NCBI GenBank assembly: GCA_951406725.2
Contig: OX597821.1
Coordinates: 29,760,001 to 29,824,000 of the forward strand
Source: Octopus vulgaris
Taxonomy: Eukaryota
Reading direction: 5' to 3'
Length of the DNA stretch: 64,000 nucleotides
The notes under the pieces were generated by a model. It had not been told where the DNA came from, did not search any database, and saw nothing but the letters and a program-made list of their open reading frames with translations. How positions within the stretch are numbered: position 1 is the first letter of the stretch; each line of letters begins with the position of its first letter. This document shows positions 25,756-39,904 of the stretch, in pieces. Both the position numbers and the translations under genes were made by a program.

Positions 25756-26239
25756 CTAAATTATCGAGTTGAATTTCGTGTAGCAGCCACCTGTTGGCAA
25801 CTTTTCTCCCCCATCCATTTAGTGGGAGATATCCATTTTCTGGGCTCTTATCACAGCTATACACGTTCGAAATTTGCATAAGTTTTTGTATGAAAACAAA
25901 AAAAAAAAAAAAAAGGAAAGGAGGTTACATGCTTGTTTGTAGTTTGTAGAAAAAACTTTAAACGTGCCTGAAAAAAAAAACGTGGTCTTTCCCCACCAAC
26001 TAAAAGACGAAGAACTATGAAAGAAAGCGAATAAATACCAGGAATGGGGTAAAGAAGAGAGAACTAGCAGTCGATCGGTCTTGAACTCCCAGAATAAAAA
26101 CATAATCACCTGAAAGACTTTCCCTTTATTCATTACTGTCTTTCTTTCTTCTTCATTGTTAAAAGTAAAGAAGCTAGAAAAGATCGATCGTATTTCAGTC
26201 TAATTGTCATTGTAAATGACTGAGGCGTTCCTGTCTCTA

Positions 26240-27215
26240 TCTCTGGTTCAAATACCACAAAGTCGACTTTGCATTTGATCCTTTCAGGTTTGATAAAATA
26301 AGCACTATTTGAGCGGTTGATGTATTCGACTTACCCATCACTCCAAAATTCGCTGAACTTATGCCAAAAATTGAAACCGTTATCAATTCCAATATCACTT
26401 AATAACAGTTTTACGATTTGATGCAACTCATTAATAGTAGTTTTTGTAATTGAAATTAACCCTAAACAACTGAGACACAATTTTATTTTGTCGCTCATTT
26501 TCATATCTAATACACTCATTTAAATACTTTTTGCTAGCTATATCAGTTGATTGAAAAGGAGAGCCATTAGTATTGGACGAAATACTTAGTGGTATTTCTA
26601 CCGGTTTTATATTCTGAGTTCAAATTCCGCAGAGATAGATTTTACCTTTCATCCTGTCAGGTTTGATAAAATAAATACTAGTTCAATGCTAGGATCGTTG
26701 TTATCGATTCACATCTCCCCTTCAATTGCCAGCCTTGCGCCAGTATTTGAAACAAATGAATATAAGTTAACGGGAAAGGCAACGAGCTAGCAGAGTCGTT
26801 AGCATGTTGGACAAAATACTTGGCAGAACTTACGTTCTGAGTTCAAACTTCGTTCGGGCCGACTTTGTCTTTCACTTTGTCTGGGTCAATAAAATAAGTA
26901 CCAGTTGAGCACTGGGGCCGATGCAATCGATTTACCACCAGCCATTAAATTCTGGCCTTGTGCCAAAATCCTGAAACCAACAAAATATTAACTAACGGGA
27001 AAGGCCATGAGCTGTCGGAATCGTTAGCATGTCGGACAAAATCTTTAACGGTATTTATTCCGGCTTTAAGTTCTGTGTTGAAATTTCGCAGAGGTTGACT
27101 TTGCCTTAAATCCTTTTACGGTCAGTAAAATAAGTACTAGTTGAGATTTGGGTTCGATGCAATCCACTATAGCTCTTTCTTTCACGAAAATTTTCCAAGC
27201 TTTGTGCCCGTCGTT
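26240..27215 (+). mobile_element. Cluster of four decayed co-oriented Meta-like SINEs
   Basis: Recurrent GTTCAAA...GACTTTG...TAAAATAAG(T/C)AC at about 26245, 26615, 26840 and 27075. Confidence 0.7.
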
Positions 27216-28530
27216 GAAAGGAAAAAAAATATTAGCTCAAAATCACTGTTGAATCAAACTAAAATTGATTACATGTCTTCAATTTGTTCTCTTCGTAACG
27301 ATGAAGCAATAACATATTTACTATGTGGCGTTCATTTTGTTCTGTACTGTTGATGATATAGAAATGAAGGATTTCTCTTCTTAGTAAGTTCTCCTAAATA
27401 ACCGACGCTACGAATACTTACAAGGTAAGTTACAAACACCACTAATAGCAGATAAAAATTGCGTTATTGAGTTGCTATATAACTGTTTTAAGAGTTTCGT
27501 GTGAATTTGAGTACATTGCAGAAATATCTTTTGTGTTTAACAGAAGCTTACATTGTTAAATCATTTTTGTCAGTGCACATTGACATAAATCTCTATTGCT
27601 ATCATGTCTAATTTCTCTCAGGCAAGTTGCAAATTGTTGAAGTGATGGCTAGGAATTTTAAACTTTTTCTTGTTTTGATCTCTAGCTTACCACGTAACTG
27701 AGTAACTTGCCTATAATTTCTGCATCGGTTTATTTTACTTCCGCACCTTAATGTGGTCTCTAGAAAGTAAAGCCAAATATCCTTTAATTCACACTCTACC
27801 GTATTAAACAACGAGTAGTACAACGAAAAAAAACAAAACAAAAACAGTTCATCTCGCTTTCTTTAAGATAGCATGTATTACTAGAATAACTTTGTTAATA
27901 AAAATGTGTCGCAAAAACACTGTCCAGGTTTAACCCTACAGGAAATCTCTTACTAGTCGTCTTATCAATAGTACCTGTCTATCAATGTTGCTGTCATTGA
28001 CTTAATCTTTCCGTAACACGAATGTCATTACAAAGTTATTTATTTATAATTATTAAAATACTCTGAGTTTGAAATTAATTTTAAGCAGCACTGAAAATTT
28101 ATATTAGATTTATAAAGAAATCAGTTGAAAATATTAGCGCGTATATATATATATATATATACTATTTGAACAATTCGTTCAGATGTAAGACAAATGGTAG
28201 CGCTGTTGAAACTATTGTGCATTGGGATAAATTATCAATAATGTAATTAATTTCAACGAGAAGGAAAAGTTCGTCAAATTTCCCGTTAGTGGCTCTTCTC
28301 AATTTATGCATTTCATTTATTAGCTGCGTTGGTAAATTGCTGCCTCAGGTTATTTAATCCAGTAGTAATTATGGTGCATCTGTGATTTGTTTTGCCAATA
28401 TTGTGTGCATATAATACAATGCGTGTCAAAGTAATTAAGAAAATTGTGCCTAAGCGTATAACAAAATTTCTTCCGGTATTTCGTATCTAGCAGTAAACAG
28501 GCATCTCGTTTTCAGGTCGCTAGTAAGATA

Positions 28531-28598
<68 letters not shown>

Positions 28599-28600
28599 AT

Positions 28601-28664
<64 letters not shown>

Positions 28665-28670
28665 ATCTAT

Positions 28671-28723
<53 letters not shown>

Positions 28724-28769
28724 TTTGTTGTTGTTGTTTCTGTTGTTGTTCATATATATATGTATATAT

Positions 28770-28980
28770 ATTCTTTTATTCTTTTATTTCTTTCAGTCAT
28801 TTGACTGCGGCCATGCTGGAACACCAACTTTAGTCGATCAAATCGACCACAGGACTTATTCTTTATAAGCCTAGTACTTATTCTATCGGTCTGTTTTGCC
28901 GAACCTCTAAGTTACAGAGACGTAAATACACCAACATCGGTTGTCAAGCGATGGTGGGGGTACAAACACAAACACAAACA
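28770..28980 (-). mobile_element. 3' part of a CORE-like SINE next to (TATC)n/(TTA)n
   Basis: CAGTCATTTGACTGCGGCCATGCTGG...AAGCCTAGTACTTATTCTATCGGTC. Confidence 0.75.
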
Positions 28981-28996
28981 TATATATATATATATA

Positions 28997-29048
<52 letters not shown>

Positions 29049-29695
29049 TGGGTGCAAGCTGCAAAATGGCTGAGAAGTTAGAGCGCCAGAACGATTGGTT
29101 TGTGATATCTGTTTGTGATGTTAGAGTTTTGAGTTCAAATCGCTATTGCGTCAACTTTTCTTTTCAATATTTCGTGTTCCAGAAATAAATCTGGCCAGGA
29201 CCGTGAATTTGAGTGTTGTAATGTGTTTCTGACTTTATGAATGATAGATTAAATCTTTCGCCCAACTTTTCTTTACGCCCTGGTCTTTAGGTGCTGAAAA
29301 CAGAAAAAAAAAAAGAAAAAAAAAAAAAAGAAAATATATTTCAACTGTTCAGAAATAGTTTCTTTTCCTAACTTACGTTCAACAGCGCTCGGTGCACAAT
29401 TAAACGATTATAATAAACTGTCTCTATAATAAACAAACGCAGGCAGAGTGGGTGGGCAAACAAAAGCTAAAAACCTACGTCAGATAGGAACAAACGAACA
29501 GGCTATTCATCACGACTAACCTATCTGTATTGTGTCTAACTTTCGTGATGTACCGAACTCTTTTTTAATGTAGAATAACTGTTGGTATTTCCCAGAAACC
29601 CTGAATAACAATGATAATAATAACCCTTTCTTATATAGGCAGAAGGCCTGAAATTAAGGGGAAGGGAATAGTCGATTACAACGACCCTAGTGCTC

Positions 29696-30118
29696 GGATC
29701 TTTTCGGTTTGAACAGCAGTTTTTTCTAGCGGTGTCATGAAATTGTCACTTATAATTATGACCCTAGTATCGATCTATTGCATTTCAATCTGTTTTAGGG
29801 TTAGGGTTAGTGTTAGTGGTGGGGGGAAGGGTATCTTTTTTTCTTCACAAATGTAAATAAACCCAATCTGTTTCTTAAACGAGGGACATATTCATACGGC
29901 ACAGAATGTTTTTTTCACCTCAATAGACGTCAGTGATCGGTTGAAATTTCAGAAACTGAAGAAAAACAACAATAAATATCTTACAAACCATAGAATTTTC
30001 TCAATAAAGCCAAGAGAATAAGAATCTTTATAAACACATTCTACCAGTATACGAAGTTTAAAATTTTTTAGTTACCTAAAATTTATGTTAAAAACTGCCG
30101 TTCAAACCGAAAAGATCC
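29696..30118 (-). mobile_element. Merlin-like MITE, copy 3, inserted in a Meta-like SINE
   Basis: TIRs intact; TSD TAGTGCTC/TAGTACTC; SINE halves at about 29630-29695 and 30127-30215. Confidence 0.9.
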
Positions 30119-30455
30119 TAGTACTCAACTGGTACTTATTTTATTGACGCCCGAAAGTCAACCTCGTCGGAATTTGAACTCAGAACAAACGCATGAACGA
30201 AATACCGCTAAGCATGATTCTATCATCTCACTGACTTGTAATGATGATAATAATAATGAATTCATTTGTTTTCTACTAGGGTGAAAACAGGGAGTAAGTA
30301 TACATGTATACAAAGAAAAGGAAGGGGAATATACATAGCATACAAAGGTAAAAACAGGGCGCGGTGATAGTGATGTAGTCCTCCTGATACAGGAGGACCT
30401 CTCGGGATAACCGAGGAACCTCATTGGAGAGGGCAAGTGTCCTCTTCAATTACCT

Positions 30456-30861
30456 GGATCTTTTCGGTTTGAACGGCAGTTTTTTCTAGCGGTGTCATAT
30501 GATATTGTCACCCATAATTATGACCCTAGTATCGATCTATTGCATTTCAATCTGTTTTAGGGTCAGGGGGAAGGGTATCTTTTTTTCTTCACAAATGTAA
30601 ATAAACCCAATCTGTTTCTTAAACGAGGGACATATTCATACGGCACAGAATGTTGTTTTACCTCAATAGACATCAGTGATTGGTTGAAATTGTAGAAATT
30701 GAAGAAAAACAACAACAAATATCTTACAAACTATAGAATTTTCTCAATAAAGCCAAGAGAAAAAGATGTTTTATAAACACATTCTACCAGTATACGAAGT
30801 TAAAATTTTTTTAGTTACCTAGAAATTATGTTAAAAACTGCCGTTGAAACCGAAAAGATCC
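30456..30861 (-). mobile_element. Merlin-like MITE, copy 4
   Basis: TIRs; TSD AATTACCT/AATTCCCT; telomeric tract nearly absent. Confidence 0.9.
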
Positions 30862-32466
30862 AATTCCCTTCCTCCGACTCAAAGGTCTACACTTAGAGAG
30901 GTTCCATCCGCTCTTGTTATTTTCGAGAGGATGATGTTGATGATGATATAATGGTGACGATAAGTGGAAGGGGAGTGAGTATAAGCTGAAAGAAGAGAGT
31001 CTATGAAGGTGAAAAAAGAGAAGGTGAACAAGTACAAATAGAAGATGGAAGGACGAAACGAAGTATTTGGAGAAAAAGAAATAGGAGAAATGAAGAAAAG
31101 AGAAAGGAGAAGAGAAGGATGGAGAAAGAGAAGAGAAAAAAGAAAGAAAGAAAGAAAGAAAGAAGGAGATAGCTAAAAGAGTAACATGTTTGAAGAATTA
31201 CGACAAAGAAGAAAGAGAAGGCTTAAGAGAATAAAACGAAGATGAAGAAGAAGACGAGGAACAAAAAGCAACAAGAAGAACAAAGACTAGTAACAACAAC
31301 AACAACAACGACAACGACAGCAGCAGTAGCAGCAACAAGAAAAAACAAAAACAACAACAGTCACAGGCTAGACAAAAGAGACATAACATAAAACAAAACC
31401 AAAACGATATACAACGTCTTTGTGACAGAGCACCCGCAGGATTTCGAAGACGGTTCAGCGAAGATGGAAACGGGGATGGTGTTATGTTAAGTTTCAAAAT
31501 ATATGATTATGGTAGACTAGAGAAAAGGAAATGCAGTCTTTGATAACAAGTTTTGGTTCAGATATTTTATCGTTTTGTTATTTATTATTATTATTATTAT
31601 TTTTTTTTTGCTGTTTCGTTTATTGATGCTGGATGGTGCAACAGACATTATTAAACTGATTCACCTAACAAAATAACTTCTGCTGTCTAAGTGTGGGAGG
31701 AGGAAAGAAAGAAAGGAAGGAAAAGAAGAAAAGGAAGGAAGGAAGGAAGAAGAGAGGGAAGGCAAATTCTTCGTTTTCAGAAGATGTGAAGTGAATATTT
31801 GAGACAAGACAAGACAATGGTAAGTTAAGTGGGAAGGTGGTATGAGTTAGAAAAAGAAAAGAGACGATATAAAAAGATTTAAAAAAGAGAAAAAAATTAA
31901 GTAAACAAATAAAATAAATAAATAAATAAATAAATGAATAAATAAATAAATAAAACAAAAGACAAATATACATACAGTACCCGAAACGAAGGGTAGATAA
32001 TCAGTTAATAATGCAATATCTATACAGACAACGGCACATACATACATACATAAACACACAAACTCACACATAAGCGGGAACAAACACAGACACACACTTA
32101 TGGAGCTTAAAGGTGGGGCTCCAGCAGGACCGCAGTCAAATGAGTGAAACAAATAAAGAATAAAAGAAATATATATATATATATATATTAATAAAAGGAA
32201 TTCCAACCTTGTCTGATTTTCACGTTTTATTTACAATCTTATAATGATATAAGATAATATAATATCATAAAATAAAATAAAATAAAATAATAGAATATTA
32301 AATATTCATTCTGATTGAACTAGTACTTTCATGCATTAAATTCTGCAATCTTCAGGTTCATGTAGTAGTGGTGACAGTCATGATTCACAATTTTTGACTG
32401 TGGCTATATATATATATATATATAGATAGATAGATAGATATGCATATATATATATGTATATATTTA

Positions 32467-32531
<65 letters not shown>

Positions 32532-32563
32532 GAATATGTATATATACATATATACACACAGAT

Positions 32564-32603
<40 letters not shown>

Positions 32604-32606
32604 GCA

Positions 32607-32654
<48 letters not shown>

Positions 32655-32904
32655 ATATCAACCATGCACACATATACATACAGGTATATAAATCAAGGAA
32701 TGATACGTCAGTACAGACGACTGAAAAAGTTAGAACATGAAACAAGGTAGTAATTGTACACAAAACAAAATCTGATATATATATATAGAGAGAGAGATGT
32801 TTGAGCATGAAAGAAGAATAGAGAAAGAGATTAATCAGGAGGAAGGGAATAAAAGTGACGATAAGGGGAGAAGGAAGGAGGGAGGGAGGGAGGGAGGGAG
32901 ATAG

Positions 32905-32950
<46 letters not shown>

Positions 32951-33387
32951 TTAGATAGAGAGAGAGACAGAGAAGGGCAGACAAGGTGGGAGATAGAATA
33001 AATGGTAGAAATTGACATAGATTTTTGTAATAATTGGTGTTCCGGGAACATAATTATCCAGATATGCATATACAGAAGCACACAGTCACACACATACACA
33101 CATACGCACACACACAGACGTATTCAAACGCATATTTAGCCATGTATGTATGTGTGGATGTGTAGATGTGTTGATACAGATATTTCTCCGAACATGTCTT
33201 AATCATGTTGCTATACAAATCAATTATGCATGCCTATATATATATATATGTATATGTGCGTGTGTGTGAGTGTGTGTGTATATGTGTGTGTTCATACACA
33301 CACACATATACATACATACATACAGTTATATATATTTATTTATATATATATATACATATATACATACGCACACACATACAAGTATAT

Positions 33388-33448
<61 letters not shown>

Positions 33449-34001
33449 TGTGTGCGTGCGTATAGAACTGTGTATGTGTGCGTGTATACATCGGTTCCTT
33501 GAAATAATTCATCCTTATCTCATTCTACCATTCCATTGATATCAAAATCGAACCCTCGCTTCATTGGTTCCCGAATCATTAACAAATCCGTTTGTCTCAC
33601 ATTTCTTTATTTTCGAGCAGTTGTAACTTCTCTCTCTGTCTCCCTGTCTCTCTCTTTCTCTTTCTTTCCATCTCCCTCTCTGAATTTCTCTCTCTCTCTC
33701 TCTCTTTGTGTCTTTCCTTCTCTTAATGCTTCTCTCACCCTCTCTCTCGCTGTCCATATAAATACATGCAAAAGCATACACACAGATTCGTATAAGTAGC
33801 ACTAGTCTGTATACGGTCTTTGCATCTAAATTTAGATACTGTCCCTACACATGAACGCACGCACACACACACACACACACACACAGGCATAAAATTATAT
33901 ATATGTGTGTGTGTGTGGATATATATATGCGTGTGCGTGTATGTGTGTGTGCGTGAGGCTGTGGCCATGCTACAACACCGCCTTTCAGTGTGTTCAGGTT
34001 T

Positions 34002-34962
34002 CTTGTTTGCATTGTCTTTGGCGAAGTAGCGAGCTGGACGGAGTTGCCTTCTTTGCGCTTCTTGCCCTTGCGCTGTTGGTTCATCGGGTATTTCAGATAA
34101 TTAGCCCTCTACATCTACACCACGCAAATCCCTGAGGATGGCAGAATGCTAAAGCAGTTCCAGACCCTTGAAACTCAATATGTTACAATACCTGGTTCTG
34201 AATCAAGATGGTGAAGACGAGATTTGGATCATTTCGGTTTGAAAGGCAGTTTTTAACATAATTTCTAGGTAACGAAACACTTTTAAACTTCGTATACTGG
34301 TAGAATGTGTTTATAAAACATCTTTTTCTCTTGGCTTTATTGAAAAAATTCTATAGTTTGTAAGATATTTGTTGTTTTTTTCTTCAATTTCTTCAATTTC
34401 AACCAATCAGTGACGTCTATTGAGTTAAAAAGCATTCTGTGCCGTATGAATATGTCCCTCGTTTAAGAAACAGATTGGGTTTATTTACATTTGTGAAGAA
34501 AAAAAAGATACCCTTCTCCCACGCCTAACCCTAACCCTAACCCTAACCAACCCTAACTAACCCTAAACCTAAAAGAGATTGAAATGCAAAAGATCGACTC
34601 CAGGGTCACAATTATGAGTGACAATTTCATATGACACCGCTAGAAAAACTACCGTTCAAACCGAAAAGATCCCTTGTTTGCATTGTCTTTGGCGAAGTAG
34701 CGAGCTGGACGGAGTTGCCTTCTTTGTGCTTCTTGCCCTTGCGCTGTTGGTTCATCGGGTAATTCAGATAAAAATTTTGCAAACGCTCTTTGAAGGGCTC
34801 CACATCTGCACCACGCAAATCCCTAAGGATGGCAGAATGCTAAAGCAGTTCCGGACCCTTGAAACTCAATATGTTACAATACCTGGTTCTGATTCAAGAT
34901 GGTGAAGACGGGATTTTTTGTACTATGCAATGCCGTCCAATTCATTGGTTGGTATAGGTTTC
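34002..34962 (-). mobile_element. Duplicated 3'-end fragment of a CR1/L2-type LINE ORF2 (34002-34225 and 34673-34962)
   Basis: Minus-strand translation GRHCIV.KIP...IRTRYCN.LSFKGP...LRGADVEPFKERL...LPDEPT is homologous to 36844-37160. Confidence 0.7.
34226..34672 (+). mobile_element. Merlin-like MITE, copy 5
   Basis: TIRs; no 8-bp TSD; flanked by a ~224-bp direct duplication. Confidence 0.9.
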
Positions 34963-35385
34963 AGATCTTTTCGGTTTGAACGGCAGTTTTTTCTAGCGGT
35001 CTCATATGAAATTGTCACCCATAATTATGACCCTAGAATCGATGTATTGCATTTCAATCTGTTTTATGGTTAGGGTTAGGAGTGGGAGAAGGGTATCTTT
35101 TTTTTCTTCACAAATGTAAATAAACCCAATCTGTTTCTTAAACGAAGGACATATTCATACGGCACAGAATGCTTTTTAACTCAATAGACGTCACTGATTG
35201 GTTGAAATTGCAGAAATTGCAGAAATTGAAGAAAAAACAACAAATATCTTACAAACTATAGAATTTTCTCAATAAAACCAAGAGAAAAAATGTTTTATAA
35301 ACACATTCTACCAGTATACGAAGTTTAAAATTTTTTAGTTACCTAGAAATTATGTTAAAAACTGCCGTTCAAACCGAAAAGATCC
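34963..35385 (-). mobile_element. Merlin-like MITE, copy 6
   Basis: TIRs (first base A); flanks TAGGTTTC/GTCCAACG do not match. Confidence 0.9.
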
Positions 35386-36057
35386 GTCCAACGACTCTAT
35401 AACGATGCTACGCAGCAATTAAAACAAGAAGAGGAAAAATGTTGTTGATTGGTTCAAATAGTTCTTTACTTTTATCGTCATCGTTACAATATAAGATGTA
35501 ACATCTTCGAGCCGTTATACGTAAATTATTTGCCGTTCTGTTATCCATGCTATAGGAAGTTAACTTCATTGTCTCCTTACTGCTAAAAGACTGGTGGAAA
35601 AAAGAGAGACAAAGAGCAAAAGAGTTTAGACAAATAGAGAAGGTAAAAACTGTGTAGTCCCCTCGCCTTAGATCCTCCCAACGTCGGCGGCGAAACAAAA
35701 ATGGTTACTATACATATTTTGGAAAGCTGAATGTAGGTCAGTGAACTATAGAAATTAATGTGTTCATCTTTCTCAGACTGTATTTAACCCAAGAAGCTTA
35801 ACTTAAACAATAGAACTTCACTAGGTGTGACAGACAGCTGGCTCATACATTTCTAACTACAAAAGCCGAGAACAGTGAGAAAGGAACGCGTACAAAGATG
35901 TAGATTCAATTTCGAATCCTGGCTTAGGATCTAAGAAACAATTCGTTTAACATGTAAAATATTGATTTCTAATATTAACGCAGATCGCCAAATGTTAAAC
36001 ATTAAGATATATGATATTCCCTTTGAATATATATATGGGGCTTGTTTCTAGAACTGA

Positions 36058-36104
<47 letters not shown>

Positions 36105-36105
<1 letters not shown>

Positions 36106-36503
36106 TCTCTTTTACTCTTTTATTTGTTTCAGTCATTTGACTGTGGCCATGCTGGAGCATCGCCTTTTAATCGAGCAAATCGACACCAGGACTTATTTTT
36201 TGTAAGCCTAGTATTTATTCTATCGGTCTCTTTTCCTGATCCGCTAAGTTACGGGGACGTAAACACACCAGCATTGGTTGTCAAGCGATGTTGGGGGGAC
36301 AAACACAGACACACAAACACACACACATATATATACATATATACGACGGGCTTCTTTCAGTTTCCGTCTACCAAATCCACTCACAAGGCTTTGGTCGGCT
36401 CGAGGCTATAGTAGAAGACACTTGCCCAAATGCCACACAGTGGGACTGAACCCAGAACCATATGGTTGGTAAGCAAGCTACTTACCACACAGCCACTCCT
36501 GCG

Positions 36504-36505
<2 letters not shown>
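36105..36505 (-). mobile_element. Full-length CORE-like tRNA SINE in (TA)n
   Basis: Head GGCGCAGGAGTGGCTGTGTGGTAAG, B box GGTTCAGTCCC, TTTGGGCAAGTGTCTT. Confidence 0.85.
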
Positions 36506-36544
<39 letters not shown>

Positions 36545-36548
<4 letters not shown>

Positions 36549-36704
36549 TATCAGTGGCCAGCATATTAAAATATCTTTTAAGGTGAACATTATAAACAAT
36601 TATAAATAAGGGCAATAGAAAAAATATTGTATGTAGTCAGACGATATAATTGTTTATAATTTCCACCTTAAAAGATATTTTAATATGCTGGCCACTGATA
36701 AGAT
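36545..36704. repeat. 60-bp inverted repeat with 40-bp spacer abutting (TA)n
   Basis: ATCTTATCAGTGGCCAGCATATTAAAATATCTTTTAAGGTG... and its reverse complement ending at 36704, 2 mismatches. Confidence 0.88.
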
Positions 36705-36829
36705 TTTTTATGAAAAAAAATTTATCCTTATATTAGAAGCATATATACTCTTTTACTCTTTTAATCGTTTCAGCCATGCAACTGTGGTCATGATAGAGCA
36801 TCACCGTGGTCTTTCTGATTTCCTCAATC

Positions 36830-38660
36830 TGGGAGGTTTCACATTACTCCTGTATGTATCTTTTTATCAGTTGTTGGTCAATTCGGTGTATAAGGGGCTG
36901 TGATTTCGCTGCCCTCGTCTGCATCTCATGTTGCGCTGTTGGTTTATCCGGTTTTGTGGAGAGGAGGATGTCTAGTTCCTTTTTGAAGACATCTACTTCC
37001 ACCTTATGCAAATTTCTTAATTTTTTGTAGCAGGGCATTGAAGAGCTGTGGGCCTTTGAACCCTGGACTATTTCAGTACCTGGTCCTGAATTTAGATAGA
37101 ATGGATGGTACGTTTGGTACAATACTATGGCGGACAGTTATGGCATTTGTATAACACTTAATGCCGAAATTAGGTACTAGCCCTTCTGGAGTGTTCCATA
37201 TGTAGATCATTGCATAACCCTCACGCCTTCGCTCCAAGGAGTAAAGCTGCAGTTTTCTCAGCCTATCCTGTAGCTCATCCGCTGCACTGTTTTAATATTT
37301 TTAGTGTAGTGACGATGGACTGCTTCAAGCTCTGCTGGTAGTTTGGCACTATGTGGTGACCATAATTAGGAGCAGTAGTCCAAGCGGCTGAGAACAAATA
37401 TTTTCCACCGAGTCAACATAGTTTCTTGGTCTCCTGCCCTGAAGGACCACAGTATCCATCCTGCCAGATGTCTGAACTTTGCTGCCAGCTTGGTAATTTG
37501 CATATAAAATGATGCGACATTGCACATACTGATCCCAAGTCTTTCACTGCTTGTGACTCTGGGATTGTAGTACCTTCGAGTCTTGTATATGCAGGCTGTA
37601 GTGCATTCGTGAGTTGATAGTGCAGTGCTTGAAATTTTCCAGCTTTAAACTTCATGCTGGTTATCTTGGCCCACTTGTATATCGAAAGTTTACCATTTAC
37701 ACTAACGCCTGCTTCAGGAGAATAGCTGGGAAGCCATCAGGACCAGTTGCGGGGCATGAGCTCATTTTACCTATGGCCGCTGTTACATCTGTCTCCCCAC
37801 TGTTGGTGTAATCGATGATAGCTCCTTTTTTAGAGCTGCAATATTAAATAATTCAGCAGGAGTTTTTACCTGCATGTGTCCAAGGGGGTGGGGATGTGAA
37901 GACACTCTTAAATTGTTCACTGAGTATCTCACTTATCCTTCCTGGGTCTGCGGTCAGTGAGTCATTCCCTCGGAATAATAGTCCTATTCTATATTGTATT
38001 GTGACTCTTTCCTTTGCAACTTTATAGAAAGCCTTGGGATTTATTTTTTATGCTTTTTACATCTATCTTCTCTCTCTCTCTCCCCCTCTCTCCCACCTCT
38101 CTCTGTTCTTTCCCTTTCGTGAGAGAGTTTGATTTTGCTTTCGATTCCTAGGAGTGTCCGTATTAAGACTTCTTCTTATCCTTCAGTTGTCTATTCAGCC
38201 GATCTGAGTCCTTTGACCTATGTCTCATGGCCAGTATGCTAGCCTTTCTTTCTGGAGGTATATTTAGTGCATGCAACTTGCACGTTTGACACAAACTGGC
38301 TTGCATACGTAGAATGTTGGATCTCTTTGTGGATTGATTCCCATTTTACTTTACAGAAATTCTCGTTGGATAAGGTTTGAGTTCTCCTGATAGGGTAGAT
38401 ACCAGCAGTTCGCTCAGGACCATACATTGTTAGTTCAACAATGTCGTGATCTGAGAGTGCTGTTGGTGTCACCTTCACATTATGGATAAGGTCCACGTTA
38501 TTTGTGAAGCAGAGATCCAATATGGTGTTTCACCTGGTTGGCCTGAGCATCAATTGCTCCGCGAACAGCTTATTAGTAAGTTCAAGTAATGACTCTACAT
38601 GCTTTTGTTCATGCAGTGACATTCCGGAAAGGATGTGGCCTTCTGGCCATTTGATATGTG
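36830..38660 (-). mobile_element. Decayed, internally deleted APE-type LINE (CR1/L2 group)
   Basis: APE end LDLCFTN...LSDH (38239-38520); ATGPDGFPAILLK; MKFK..KFQ...VKDLG; C-terminal FKKELD.LLST.PD.P. Confidence 0.8.
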
Positions 38661-39028
38661 ATTTTTCGTTGAATAAAAGATGAGAAAGAGAGGGAGAGAG
38701 AGAAGAGGAGGGAAATAGAGAGACAGAGAAAGAGAGAGGGAGAGAGCGGATATGTTCAGAGAGAGAGAAAGAGAGAGGAGAGGGACAGAAAGAGAGAGGG
38801 AGAGGGACAGAAAGAGAGAGGGAGAGGGAGAGAAAGAGAGAGGGAGAGAGCGGATATGTTCAGAGAGAGAGAGAGAGAGGGAGGGAGAGGGAGAGAAAGA
38901 GAGAGGGAGAGAAAGAGAGAGCGGATATTTTCAGAGAGAGGGAGAGAGCGGATATGTTCAGAGAGAGAGAGAGAGAGAGGGAGAGAAAGAGGGAGAGAGA
39001 GAGAGAGGGAGAGAGCAGATATGTTCAA

Positions 39029-39077
<49 letters not shown>

Positions 39078-39904
39078 GAGAGAGATCGAGACAGAGAGTA
39101 ACAGGAAGTTTGTGTCGAAGAGAGAAAGAAAAGAAAAGTTCAATGAGAGATGAAATATGAAATGCGTCTGAAACAAAAGGCGCCGTTATGTGTAGGGAAG
39201 AAATAAGGAGCTCTATAACAAGGTAGGAAAAAGGGAGAAATGGTATCGTTAAGTGCTAAGACGACTCTAAATGGTGTACTCTCGGGTCCCAAATAAAATG
39301 TAGGGTTGGAATAAGCAGGTGGGTTGGACGTTTGCTTAAATGCTTATAAGCGGTGGGTTGAAATAGAATGGGGTGAGGTGGTGGAAAATCAGTAATTGTA
39401 TAGTGGTTACTGTATACAATTTTAAAATTTTCAAGGTTGTCTCCCTTGATTTATTTAAAAACTAGTTTATTTACCCTCGGGTCTCAAATAAGGGATGGGG
39501 CCGGCTGGAATAAGCGGGTAGGTTGGACATTTTCTTAAATTCATATAAGCGGGTGGGTTGGAATAAACAGGGGTGAGTGGGAATCAGTAATTGTATAGTG
39601 TATGTACGAAAATTAGGGAAAAAAAAGCATCTTAAAGCATATATAACGACACAACGAGGCAAAAGAAATTAGCTCATACTTGCGCTTCAAACGTTCACTT
39701 TAGTTAAGATATACATTTGGATTATGAAAATGAGACATTTGTTAATTATAGTAATTATGGGATATTTAAAAAGTGCTGCTGACTAAACAGATATTGATAC
39801 AGGCAACAAGTCTTAAAAAGAATGAAAAGTAAAACACAATGAAAAGAGTATAATTACTACTTCGTGAACTTACAGTATTTATTATACTATACATAATAAA
39901 ACAT

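Noticed and set aside
35408-35698. 96-aa minus-strand ORF as a host exon
   Set aside because: No recognisable domain or convincing exon structure.
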